DNA of 64,000 bases from Hyaloraphidium curvatum SAG 235-1 (taxonomy: Eukaryota; Fungi; Monoblepharomycota), in NCBI GenBank assembly GCA_025558095.1, contig JAIVFI010000022.1, positions 496,001 to 560,000 of the forward strand. Reading direction: 5' to 3'. Both the position numbers and the translations under genes were made by a program. Below, piece after piece: positions 12,362 to 24,393 of this stretch (positions within the stretch are counted from its first letter, which is position 1; every line of letters begins with the position of its first letter). Below the pieces are notes generated by a model that was not told where the DNA came from, made no database searches, and worked only from the letters and a program-made list of their open reading frames with translations.

Positions 12362-12833
12362 CGAGGACGTGTGAGAGTCGATCTTGTTCCAACTGATTTT
12401 GGCATAACAGGCCGATATGTATTGCCATACTCTATTGGATTAATCACTCTGTGTGCATTCGAATGACCAGTGTCGCATCGCTCGGGGTGGAAAGACGGGG
12501 TCATGGGGGTGACTGGCGGCGTGGCGGTGGGAAAGATGAACTCGGGGCCAAGCCGTAGATCCCCGTGCTGTGCACGACCGGATGGTTTTGATGCCGAGAG
12601 ACGTCATCGGTTCCTCGCGGGAGACGTAAGGGTTCAGGGTCCGACGCGTGTGGAAAATCCTGGCATGGCTGGAGCGCACGTAATGTCTCCCCCGTCCGGA
12701 GAATGTTCCGCGAGAATGTCGCGATTCCATCGAACCGCACCATTAAAAGGAGCCCGTTCTCTGCCATTCCATTCGCGTCCGACCAACCCATTCCCTGACA
12801 CCGCTTCCTTCGCACCAACAGCACCCAACAGCG

Positions 12834-13985
12834 ATGGCCGCTTCCAGCGAGAAGATCAAGGCCGCCTTCCAAGGCCTTGTCGACGACACCAACAAACAGG
12901 CCAAAGCGGCGGCGCCCGACGCATCGTACTGGAAGGCCCACGCCGCCGACCCGTCCTCCCTCGCGTTCAGCAGCGTCCTCGGTCGGTCGCCCCGCGGGCA
13001 GGAAACCCGCCCGCCCGACTGATGCCCCGTCCCGCACCCAGGAAGCGTCTACGGCGCCGACGAGGTCACCGCGGCCGTCAACCTCTGGCTCGCCGGCGGG
13101 ATCGCCATCCACCCCGTCGGCGAGATCAAGGTGACCTCGCCCGGGCTCGGGATCAACTTTGCCGAGGCGCCAGTCAAGTACACCTTTACGAAGGAGGTGT
13201 TGCCCGGAGCCCCCCTCGGTGTGCCTCACTGTCCATGATGGCATTTTCTGGTTCTGATGTGTGCCGCAGAGGCCAAGGGCACGCTCACGATCACCGCGAC
13301 GGACGACGGCAAGGTCACGCAGATCAGCGGCTACGATGCGCCCGAGCTCCGCGAGACGCTGATCAAGCTTCTCGGTGGTGGGGCCGTCGCCAAGGAGAGC
13401 GAGGCGGCCAAGGCGGCGCTGGAGGCGATGGTGGCCAATGTTAAGACGCTGGATGCGAAACAGATGGCCAAGGACATGGCCGACGACGGTGGGACCCGCA
13501 GCCGCGATTGCAGGCTCCTCTCGGGCTGAATCAGATGCTTCCAGTCGTGTTCGTCGACCCGAATGCGGCGGTCAAGGGCAAAGGTGGGCGAGCCGTTTGC
13601 GGGGGCCATCGGTGGGACTGATCGGTGCGCAGCCAACGTCGAGGCGGCCGTCGCGCAGTGGTTCAAGCTGAGCCTGAATGGCAGCAAGACGCTTTCGGCG
13701 GTCCGTTCCGTGCAGCCACACACCGCGTTCGCCACAGTGGAGTACGACTTTGCGCTGCCCCCCGAAAGCGGCCTCGCAGGTGGGCTCCCGTCTCGGCAGC
13801 GTGCGGGGCATGGCTGACAGCGGGCATGTGTACGAGAAGGGAAGAAGCAGGTCGGTCCGCTTTTTGTCAAGACCAACGACGCCGGCAAGGTTTCGCTCGT
13901 GGCGGCGCTGACCGGCGACGCCGCGTCCAGGGCGTTCAACGCGACTCTGCTCGGATTCGCTGCCAAGGCTGCTGGCGCTGCGTGA
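12834..13985 (+). CDS. Hypothetical protein with two tandem NTF2/SnoaL-like repeats (multi-exon)
   Basis: Spliced product has an internal duplication: SEKIKAAF..GADEVTAAVNLW..TATDDGKV versus SEAAKAAL..KANVEAAVAQW..KTNDAGKV. Several ~60-nt introns. The fold call is inference. Confidence 0.6.
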
Positions 13986-14210
13986 TCGGAAAGGATGCGG
14001 CGTTAGTCATGATTGTATTGGCATTGCAAGTACAGAGTCCAAATGCGTGCAGCAGTGATCGGCCGACGCTCGGGTCCGCGGGGAGTGCGACCGGTGCTGT
14101 GAAGCATGGCTCATTGGAATGTGTCGGAATGCCAAAATCAGGGAGCTTGGCAGGGGCCGGAGAGCCGAAAGCCTGACGTGCACAGTCATCGTTCACCCAA
14201 ACAAACCACG

Positions 14211-14531
14211 ATGTCGCTCATCCCCGTCCGCGCGCCCCTCGCCCTCCTGCGTATCTTTTCCCGCGCATTCTCCACGCCTCCCGGGCCCACCGAGTCGGTC
14301 CCGTCGCCCAAGACGATGCCCGCGACGCCCGGCACGCCCCACCCCTCCTCCCTCGACCCCGTCGACCCGCGTTCGGTCCCGAACGAGGGCGATACTCAGG
14401 ACGCCTCGGGCAAGAGCGAGGGCGGGAAGGTGCTCGAGAAGAAGAAGGAGGAGGAGATGGAGGACCGGGATCTCGGGGACGTGCAGAAAGCGAAGGAAAG
14501 GGTGGTGGACACGGACCAGACGAGCTCCTGA
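14211..14531 (+). CDS. Small hydrophilic protein with probable mitochondrial targeting peptide (LEA-like)
   Basis: MSLIPVRAPLALLRIFSRAFST is an Arg-rich, acid-free presequence followed by a charged, disordered region. Codon usage is GC3-rich. Confidence 0.55.
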   Translation: MSLIPVRAPLALLRIFSRAFSTPPGPTESVPSPKTMPATPGTPHPSSLDPVDPRSVPNEGDTQDASGKSEGGKVLEKKKEEEMEDRDLGDVQKAKERVVDTDQTSS

Positions 14532-14646
14532 GGACTCCGAGTGGGTTCGAATGGAGACAAAGACTTTCGTCAACTGATAACTTACAACTACTGTGCCACA
14601 GGTCACAAACGACAAACGAATCCATGTGAATCACCAATGCCATCTT

Positions 14647-17600
14647 TCAGTCTTCGCCAAACAGCCCACCGTCCTCTTCCACGTCCTCAGCCGATCCTTC
14701 AACCTCACGGCCTTCCTGCGGACCCTCTTCCTCCTGCTCCTCCGCCGTCGTTGCCGCAGACGGAGCCCCCTCGGGCGGCACGGGCCTCCAGCATGTCAGC
14801 AGCGCCGGATCCTGCCCTCCAGCAGCATACACATCCTTCCCGTCGTCGGACGCGCGCATGAACAGCTCGCGCGCGTTGCGCGCCCGCAGCGCAAAGGTGA
14901 TTCCCGGGCACCCGGACCCGAACCCCGGCCGCGCGGGGCCGGGCGTCGGCAACCAGCACGCGTCCTCCTTCCTCCTCGGCCGGTCCGTGAGCACGATCTC
15001 GGTAGAGTTGCTCGCCGCCAGGGCAAGGTACTGGCCCGGCCTGAGCACAGACTCGAGCGTGAAGTGGTAGCTTGCCCCGCAGATCGGCTCAACCACGCGG
15101 AACGCCGCGGAGCGGTCGGCCTGCTGCACGTCGAGCTTGCCCCTGCGCAGGACGACGTCGCCGTCCAAGGGCTCGGTTGCAATGTACTCCTCGCCAACCG
15201 ACCCGACCGAATGGAACGAGATCAGGTCGCCCAGGTTGATCGACTCGGCGTTGATCCTCGGCTCGAAGCGCTGCACCCTCGCGCCCGCCTGGTCCACCGA
15301 CGGGTCCGCGCACCGCGTCAAGCGGAGCTTCTTCTTCCTGGTCACCGCGAGGCACCGCCCGTCGCTGGCCGTCGACGCCAGCACCACGTCCTCGAGCATC
15401 ACGGGGGAGCCAAAGTCGCGCGCAATCGCCACCCCGGCGCCGGTGGGGGTCAGCTGGCCCGTCCGGTTGTTGTAGGCCCACACGCCATTGGGCCGGCCCT
15501 CCAGGCAGGGCGTCAGGACCAGGCTCGAGCGTGCATTAACGCCCAGGCAGAACCCGCCGCTGACGCGGAAGCTCTGGCCGTGCGGTTCCTTGGTCGACTG
15601 CGTATGACGGGGTCAATCGATGCCGCGCCCATCTCCGCGAGACGTTGCCCACCAGAAACACGGTCGAGTGCATCTTCTTGCGAAGCGCGCACGGCGGGCC
15701 CTCGCGCGAGAAGGCGCCGACCATGGTGCCGCACGAGACGTACAGGTCGTCCCCGAACTTGAGCCGGAAGTCGTTGTCCTCCCCGCCCGGCATGCCGGGC
15801 GGCGGGCCCTGGAGGTGGACGGGGTCAGCGGGCACGGTTTGAGGCCGGGAGAGGCGGGACTCACCGCGTAGTATCCGGGGGCCAGGGCTGGGATCACGGG
15901 TAGCTCGCTGGCCGAGACATGCTGACCGGGATCCGATCCGTCTTGGTTCTGCGCAGTGCCGCCGCGCTTCTCCAGCCTCAGCCGACGCTGGAGATGCAGG
16001 TCGATCGCCTCGTCCAGCGTCATGACGCGCGAGTCGAAGAGGATCGTCTCAGGGGTGTCCAGCAGATCCCGCTTCCGGAAGCGGAAGTGGCCGTGGGGCA
16101 GGAACTCGACGTCCTCGACGTCCCGCTCGGCAAGCCTGAAGAGGTTGGCGACCTTTTCCGCGATGCCTTTCAGGTGCTGTTCGAAGAACCTCTCCGCGGT
16201 CGCCCCGATGTTCTTGAAGTTAAAGGCGAACTGTACGTCGACCCTCTGGCCCATGATGACGCCCATGATCCGGACGGTGACCGCGCCCGACATGAAGCCG
16301 GCCTTGAACCCCGCGTCGAGCTTGGCGGATATGGCGGCGGTCTGGATCCCAATCATCTGCTTGATCTTGGGCTGGATCCACGTGGCGATCTTGGCCGCGG
16401 CCTTGACCGCGGACGACAGCCCGTTCAGGGTGCCCTCGGCGGCCTTCAGCGAGCCCGTCGCGATGTCGAGGGCGCCCTGAGCGGCGGTGCAGGCCGACTG
16501 GCACGCGGTGTTGATGGCGAAGCCCGAAACGGCGGTCCAGCCCTTGCAAACGCCCTTCTTGACCTTGTTGAAGGTGTCCTCGGCGGTGTCCTTGATCTTG
16601 CGGCCCACGCTTTCGCCCCACGACTTGATTTTTCCGAGGCGCTTCTCGAGCGCGATCCTGTGCCCACCGTTTACGGGCGCGCCCGGGGAGAGCAGCGCTC
16701 CGCGCCGGACGAGGAGGCGCCGCCGTCCGCACTTGACCTTGTCCGCCGCCTGCTTGCACTTCTTCTTCCTGGAAAACGATGCAAAGCAGCTCAGCTCCGG
16801 AAAGCGTCGCCTCTCGCCGAAGGACGCACCAATCGCACGCTGCCTTCTTGGCCTTCTCCACCGCGGCGCGCTTGTTGGCGACGTCGTCCGACGCGCTCTT
16901 GAGAGCCTTGGCTCCCGCCTGCGCCCACTTGGTCACGGCGTCGACGACGCGGTCGATGAAGCGGTCCATGTTCTGCAGGTTCGCCGCGACCGCAAAGTCG
17001 AGCCGGGCACCGATGCTCGCCTCGAACTTGAAGTCCGCGCGGAACTCGTAGTACGTCGCCGCGAAGCCGACGCTGTACCGCGTGGGGCTGATGGACACCT
17101 GGGCGTCGACCTCGAACATCAGGACCCTGACGAAGGCGTTGAGCTGCAGCGAGATCGCCGTGGGCTGGGCCATCTGCAGGTTCAGGTCGAGCATGGGACC
17201 CCGCTTCCTGTCGGTCCGGCTGAAGTAGGCCATGATGAGCCCGTCGCCGAGCTTGAGCGGGGTCAGCGACGCCTTGACGCGGATGCCGGCCGCCGGGTTG
17301 ATGGAGATCTCGGCATCGGCCGTCACGTCCAGGATGTTGAGCGTCCCCTTGAAGAAGAAGCCCATGGGGAACTCGCGGCCGGGGACGACGCAGCCACCCA
17401 TGGGACAGAGGGACAGCGTGTTCTTGCCGGGAAAGCCCGAGTTGAGGATGGGCGCGGGGATGATGTCGGGGGAGATTCGGATGCCGGTGAAGGCCGCGAT
17501 GATGGTCTTGAAGTCGATGTTGCTGATCTCGCCGCCGAACCAGTTGTTCTGCGGGTTGGCCGGGTCGATGGAGAGGTAGACCGATCCTCCGATGCACTGC

Positions 17601-20600
17601 GATTTGACGTCGAACTGGTTGTCTGGAGTGTAGCAGTTCTTGCCGATGGCAACCTCGCCTCCGAGCAGGACCGATGGCGCTCCCAAGGTCGCGGTGATGC
17701 CGACCTCGAGGATGAGGTTGCCGACGTTCAGGCGCTCCCAGCCGAACGCGCGCCTCCAGATCCCCTTCATCGAGCCCCCGAGGATCACGCTGGCGGACTT
17801 AACGCCGATGAAGGCGGACAGCGTGATCGGCGGCTGGCTCTTGTCGACGTGGAGTTGGAGTGCGCCGACCAGCATGAGCCGGAGGGCCGGGAAGGAAGCC
17901 TCGAAGCCGACCTGCTGCAGCACGAGGCCGTCCGTGATCCTGAGGTCCGACACGCCGGCCGAGACGGTCACGTCGGGAGGGTTGACGACCGCGCTGATCT
18001 GCAGCGCGGCGTCCTGGCCCAGCAGCATGACCATGACCTCGCAGAACTGCTGGCCGCCGCAGTCCGGCGGCAGGCCCATGCGGAGGTTGAGCGAGAGGCC
18101 GCGCTTGATTTCGGGGATGTACTGCAGGGGAGGATCGAATGCCATGGGCGTGCCTTCGACGTAGCGCGAGCTGCTCGAGATGATGAGGCCCATCTGAAAC
18201 GGTTCGTGTCAAACCCGCTCCGTCGAGCCGCCGATGGCGCTCACCGTCATGCCCGAGGCCACGAGGTCGAGTCCGGGCACCTTGAACCCGGGGATCATCT
18301 TGGCCAGGAGCTTGGTGAACATGTCGCCCCTGATCCCGAGGGCCAGGGTCCCCCCGAGAGCTCCCCCGGCCTGCTTGCCGGCAATGACCTGCACGACCGC
18401 CCCCGGCAGGACGTTTGCCCCGGCGCTGAACCGCACGACGGCGTCGCCGCTTCCGAGGATGACCGCCAGCCTGAACTGTTCGAGCTCGAACGCCCTCAGC
18501 TTCAGCTTGTCGATGATCGCCTCCACGGGACCCGAGGGAAAGATGGCCGCCCCGAGCTGCTTGATCACGTCCCCGAAGCCGAGGCGCTCGGCAGTGACCG
18601 AGATCACCCATTGTCCGCCGCCGTTTGCCGGCACGCCGGCCGGAGCCGCGGAACCACCAGAAGGCCTCGAGGCTTGCGACCGTCCCTTCGAGGCGGCCTT
18701 CTGCCGCTTCCAAAGCCGCCTTTGAAGGTCGGGCGCGGTCTCGTTCGCTCCGACGGCCGCCAGGTGCCGCCGAAACAGGTGGTGGTTGACGTGCGCGAGC
18801 GGGATCTCAAAGAACCCGAGCTCCTTGGCGTCCGACAGGGGTGGGACCTCGGCCCAGGGCCGGATGCCGTCGATTTCGGGCGCCGGAAGCCTGTCGTCGG
18901 GCGCGGTTTCGGCAAAGAAGGCGTCCGGATCCCGATCGCGGGACCGCTCCGCGCGCGCAAAGAGCCGCCGCCGTGCCTCCTCCTCGGACTCGACCGCAGC
19001 AGCGCCGTCCGGGAAGTCCCCCGACGTGTCCACGCCGTCCGCGCGGCCGATCCTCGCGGCGAGCGGCACGCCGCCGACGCTCCACGAGCCCTCGATCCGG
19101 ACGTCGACCGCGCGCTGCGCGCCGAAAGGATCCAGGACGGCGAACACCACGGCGGGGTTCCCGAAGCTGATGGGGAGGAAGTCGAACCGGAACATGCCGG
19201 GCGGGAGCACGGCGCGAAGGGAGAAGCGCGTGGCGCAGCCCGAGGCGGCGGCGCCCCGTTTGCAGAACACGAGCGAAATGTCCTTGATCTGGGTGTTCAG
19301 CACGCCGTTGATGCCGGAGGAGAGAACGGGTATGGCGGGAATGTCCGAAAGGAGCTGCGATACCTTGAGCTTCGACAGCAGGGACTTGATGGTGACGGCG
19401 CGCCCGCCGACGGACATGCGGAGCGGGAGGGCGTCGCCCTCGCCGAGCACGGGAAGCGAGAATCCGACGTCCGGAAAGAGCGGGAGGCGGGCGGTACCCG
19501 CGAGGTCGAACCTGACGCCCGAGGCGGCGTCGTAGCTGAGGGTGGCGGAGTTGTTGGCCAGCCCAAAGCCGTCGCCGAGCCTGATGTCGGCGAAGCTGAT
19601 GACCGCGCGGGCCGAGGCGACGGCCGGCACCGCGTCGAAATCCAGAGCGACCTGGCTGAGGGACGCGATCGAGCTGATGGGCCCGAAGGCGTCCGGCAGG
19701 GCCAAGGGGGGGCTGCCGCCCAGCAGAAGCCCGACGAATCCCTGGGCCGCCTTCCACGAGAGCTTCAGCCCCGTGAGCCGAACCACGATCTTCCTTTCGA
19801 GGCCGCCGGTGTAGCCCTTGCATGTGGCCTCGATCGGAACGGCCGCCGACGCGGCCAAGGTCCCGGCGACGGATCGGCGGCGCCAGCGTGCGCGGCCGAG
19901 ACGCCGCCGCCTCGGTCGCCCGCGTTTCGTTCGGCGGCGGCGCTCCTCGGATTCCTCGCAGTCGTCCCCGGCCTCCTCGGCCTCCTCGGCCTCTTCGGGT
20001 TCCTCGGCCTCCTCGGGTTCCTCGGCCTCGGTCTCGGCCGACTCCTCGTCCTCCTGTCCCGCTTCGTCGTCCCCAGCATCCGCTTCCCCGTCGGCCCCGC
20101 CGTCCCCTGCTGGCCCGAGCCCGATGATCATGCCCGGCTTGGCCCCCGTGCGCGGCACCAGCTTCCCGACGGCATTGCCCGCGCAGCCGAGGGCGCCGCC
20201 TAGATCCCCCGGAAGCACCGACGAGGCGAACCTCGCAAAGCCGTCCGGGTCCTGCGCGGATGGGAGTCAGCACCCCGACATGCGCTGCGCGGTCGGTCGG
20301 GGCCCACCTGGACGACGAACACCACCCCCTGCGACTCGTCTTCGGCGTCGCCGTCCGGCATCGCGCCCGCGCACGCGCTCTTGGCGGCGACCAGCTGCAC
20401 GGGAGAAAGGTCCGGGAGGTCCGTCGAGAGGCTGCCGCAGTGCGCCATGCGGACCGAGGCCGCCTTGGCCCGTGCCAGGGCCCTTTCGAGGGCAGAGGGG
20501 GAGATGCCGAGGACGGCGGCCAGCCCTGCCGGCCCGGTTGGACCTTTGGATCCGAATCAGGGTGCGCCGAAGGTGCGATCCGCGGCAGCAACCCACCTTT

Positions 20601-21062
20601 GTCCGATTCGGCGTCGGTTTCGTCGCCCTCGTGTCCTTCCATGCTTTCTGAAGGCCCCTCTCCGGCCTCCTCCTCGTCGGCCTCCTCTTCGCCAGCACCC
20701 TCCTCGGGATCCTCACCGGGTTCCACATCCGCGGGCTCGTCTTCGGCCGCTTCGGGCTCGGGCTCCTCGTCCCCGGATGGCTCGAAAGGCTCGTCCTCCC
20801 CGGCATCCCCCTCGTCGGTCCCGTCCTCAGCTGCTCCCTCCTCGGGCTCCTCCTCCGCATCCCCGTCGTCGTCGGCCTCCTGTGCACCCGCGTCCCCAGG
20901 GTCGGGCGGCTCCTCCACGTCGCCGCGCACGTCTCCCGCGAGCGCCGGCCGCCCGCCGCGCACCACCGCGCGGCCGTCCGCCGCGGGCGCGCGCCACACG
21001 GCGATCGCGAGCAGGAGGAGGAGGGCGAGGAGCAGCGTGCGCGTGCGGCGCCAGGGCGCCAT
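14647..21062 (-). CDS. Very large secreted multi-domain protein: signal peptide, acidic linkers, long beta-strand-rich body, coiled/Cys hairpin, ricin-B-like and AbfB/CBM42-like beta-trefoils
   Basis: MAPWRRTRTLLLALLLLLAIAVW signal. ORFs 18209-20218, 16220-18193, 15613-16608 and 14647-15483 join in frame through ~60-nt GT-AG introns with CTGAC/CTGAT/TTGAC branch points. GFCLGV..LVLTPC..WAYN and GRCLAV..LRLTRC are ricin-like. AAFRVV...FTLESVLRPGQYL..EDACW is AbfB-like. Confidence 0.75.
19970..20040 (-). repeat. Coding 9/18-nt tandem repeat (EAEEPE/EAE)
   Basis: Plus strand shows cctcctcgg/ttcctcgg units, translated on minus as EAEEPEEAEEPEEAEEAEEA. Confidence 0.7.
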
Positions 21063-21439
21063 CGCGCGGGGCGGCGGATGGCCGGTGCGGTGCACCCGCC
21101 GTGGCTCCGCGGGGCGGGCGGGATTTGGCCCTTGATTTCACCCAAATGGCCCCGGGAGTAGAGAACTGATTTCACCCCGGCCCGGATTCATCGCCGGACA
21201 ACCGCCGAAGGTAGCGCTCATCGAAGTTTACAGCACAGGGCATGGTCAGTTAAATGGACCAGCGCCGATTTGTGAGCCCTACAACTGACCCGCGAGTATC
21301 GGGCGCGCTTCGGAGTGCGAGGCACAGCCGAGGAAGTTCACATAAGCTTACTTGAGCAGAGCGTTCTTTCTTTGCCTTCTCCCCGTAATCGGCTCTCACA
21401 CGCCAATGTTGATGTAATGGTGAACGGACCACAGGCCCG

Positions 21440-21780
21440 TTCAGGGGTAGGAGTAGGCCGCAGGCAACCGTCTCTGAACTTCCGCAGCTGTGCCTGGCAC
21501 CCCAGGACGCGCCCAATCCCCACGCTGGCGCGCAACCGGCCAGTGCAGCGGTCCATCCAGATCGAAACCCTTACAGTCGGCACCTTGCCGCGAAGGGACG
21601 GCACGCCTGGCAGCGGCCTTGAAGAAGTCGTTCGCCTGAGGGCCGAGGCGACCGAAAGTCTCGATGCCAAAGGGCACATAGCCGATAAGGGAGGGATCGG
21701 GGATAGCAAACCATGTGGCAAGGGCAGTGAGCTTCCGTCTCCGCCTCTAGCGGCGTGACCCGCTGCCGACGGACCCCCTC
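21440..21780 (-). mobile_element. Degenerate 3' remnant of an RLE-type (CRE/R2-like) non-LTR retrotransposon
   Basis: Minus strand reads, with frameshifts, GHAAR..RRKL...GYVPFGIETFGRLGPQANDFFKAAARRA..W..R. This matches the K..KY...F.P...ET.G..G..A..F tail of restriction-like endonuclease domains. No RT domain nearby. Confidence 0.5.
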
Positions 21781-22164
21781 ACCTCGTTGCGGCACGCCCC
21801 CGGCCTGCGTTGCCCGACAGGGCCGGCCGACGAAGAGGGGGCTAACGTCCGGTTGTTCTTACCACCTAGTTGACTCTGTCGGGTGAATTTCCGGCATCAG
21901 TCATCGAGGAGGGACTTGACGGAGAAGGTGGTGCACAACTGAGTGCAGCGAAAAACGCACTCCCATGCAGAAGCCCACCTCGGCGTGAACAGACCTCCTC
22001 CCGTCGACTACAGAGCCTCAGGATGTTGCGAGCGTACGCTCGCGGCGGGGTTTCCGCGCCTTGCCCCCACACTGCGAAATACTCGCATCGTGCGGCCAAA
22101 ACAGGGCGCTGACGAAATGGCTCCTGACTCCTCACGAACCCCCACATCAGATTGTACCAAAGCC

Positions 22165-22880
22165 ATGGGTCGCCACGCCGGGCTCATCGCTCTGCTCCTT
22201 GTTCTGTCGCTCTCTGCGCTGGCCGACGCAAGGTGGGCCTTCGGGTGCCGGGGTCCTTCCGAGAGAGACGGGCCACCGACCCTCCGACAGCCCCTTTGCG
22301 AACCAGGTCCTGTTCGCCCGCAGCTGCGGGGACTGCGCTGCGGAATCGTACTGGTGGGCCCGCTGCGCACGTCCGCCACGCCCCCGCGTGCCTGACACGG
22401 CCCGCGCCCAGCGAGTTTTCCCACCCCGGGGCTCCGGAAGGCCACGTCGCCTGCGTCGCATACTTCCACGGCGCCCGCTCGCTCTACCGCCGCTACGACG
22501 ACACGGTATGCACCGGCCAGGACGTTGCCGGCTTCAAGAAGTGCCCCGACGGCGCCGTGCCGGGCACCGCATGCGACACCGGGACGGGGAACTTCCTCCC
22601 GGCGGGCGCGACCGAGTCGGGCGGTGCCTGCACGTATGCCCCGGCCAGCGGCGAGCGCTGCTGCGTCGACTTCACTTTCATGTCCACCAAGTTTGGCTGC
22701 AACACGGTGTGCCGCCCCGCCGCAGGCGTCGACGAGGTGCCGGTGTGGACCGCCAGCGGCCAGACCATCTACTGCGACAACGGTGGACTGGTCACGCAGA
22801 CGCCGGGAACAACTATGTGCACCACTGGCAACTATTCCCCGGTCCCCGGGATAGTTGCCTTGTGCTGCACAGGACAGTAG
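22165..22880 (+). CDS. Small secreted cysteine-rich protein A (signal peptide, Cys pro-domain, LYRR Kex2 site, Cys-rich mature domain)
   Basis: Introns 22233-22290 and 22354-22411 give MGRHAGLIALLLVLSLSALADASPFANQVLFARSCGDCAAESYCEFSHPGAPEGHVACVAYFHGARSLYRRYDDTVCTGQ...LCCTGQ*. Confidence 0.85.
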
Positions 22881-23411
22881 TGTTGAACACGCGCGACGAT
22901 GGTGGTGGCGGCTCCGCCGGCCGGGACGGAGCTGGTGACGAAGAAAGTCATCAATGAACCACCGCACGTGTTAACATAACAGCACGAGAGGTTGGGAGCT
23001 GTTGGGATCATTCATAGCAGGTGGGCCGCACAACTCCGCTTCAACATCAAGATTGCATCGTGGTTTGTCCTCCCATTGTACAAACATCAATCTCCTTTAC
23101 ACTTACGGCGCGTTCTGCCCCTGCCCTTATGCCCCGGTCGAGATGATGTGCGCCAGTGATGCCTGATCAGCGTCCAGCCAACGCGGCATGTCATGCCCTG
23201 CTCGCATGCGGGATGAAGCTCGTGAAAAACGGGGAAGAACGGAGGAGCAGCTGCTCGGAGGGGGCATCGTCGCCGTTGCGGAAGCGGGCAGAGAGTCGAA
23301 CGTTCACCTCCTAGGATCCCGCCCCTGCTTGGACGGCGGTCGGGGAGATGGAGAGACGCAATCGGTCGTATTAGTAAGGCGACTGCCTGCTTTCCGTCCC
23401 ACAACCGGCCC

Positions 23412-24041
23412 TCAGAGGTCCATCAGGTCGCCCGAACCCCCAAAGTCCTTGGGGAAATCCTTGAACTTGGGCAGCCCGTCCCCCTTGAACGTCCCCTCGG
23501 GCATCACCGTCTCCTGGTAGTGCACGTGCATCCCGGCCTTGAACTCCAGGGAGGGTATGGTCGAGGCAAACACGTCGACGACGGCGCCGTGGTCGTTGTA
23601 GAGGTGGCCACCGCACTTTGTGCAGAACTTGCGGGCCGAGAAGGAGTCGGGGTTGCTCCTGAAGGTGCCAATGAGGTCGGCGCCGGCGGTGATTTCGAGG
23701 CCGGTCGCCGGCCTTGGGATGCGGTGCGGCGTCGTTTCGCGGGCCGGCACCGGGATTTTGATGGTTGGTGCCGCGCAGCGGATTTCCGGACGAGGGTGGG
23801 TCAGCCTGGCACGGCCCGCGGCAAGCGCACGAATACAAAGCACGCACCAGATCGTGAACATGTTGAGCGGCCCTCCCGCCCAGTGGCGGCACGACCTGCA
23901 ATGGCCTGTGTCGTTGTCCCGAGTGAGCCCGGCCCCGGCCGATCACGCGGGGGCGAACGCACAGAATCCCATGGCGGACGGCTCCCCTGTGACGCGCAGC
24001 TTTACAGAGCCGCAGAAGCAGTCGCCTTGGTGCTGGGCCAT
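23412..24041 (-). CDS. GFA / Mss4-like (CENP-V) zinc-binding protein
   Basis: QGDCFCGSVKL, spliced CHCRSCR, RKFCTKCGGHL, MHVHY, DGLPKFKDFP. Two introns. Confidence 0.9.
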
Positions 24042-24393
24042 GTCTCGCCCGTGCCTGGCGTCCGCGGCGTTGCGTTGGGGACGCGAGCGGGTCGCGCGCG
24101 GTTGCCTCCCACACACCCCTGCGGAGTGGCTGCGGCGCCCGATGCTCGTCCGCAAGGCACAAAGCGATGGGCCAACAGGGCTATCACTGCCGGGTGCGCA
24201 GGATGCAGTCGGGGGGACAGGCCGAACGGGAGTGTGTGGTGGCTGTGCAGCTGCCGTGTGGCTCCGTGGGTGGCTCCTCGCTCTTCTATGGTTCCGGGAG
24301 TTGGGGTTGGGACCCAAGCCGAAACCGCTCTGAGACCCGCAGCGACCGATGTCAAGGCGCATCGCTGGCCCGATCGGGGTGCCGATTAATTGA

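Noticed and set aside
16487-20203. 1238-aa plus-strand ORF
   Set aside because: Antisense shadow of the GC3-rich minus-strand secreted gene. The translation is low-complexity and has no motifs.
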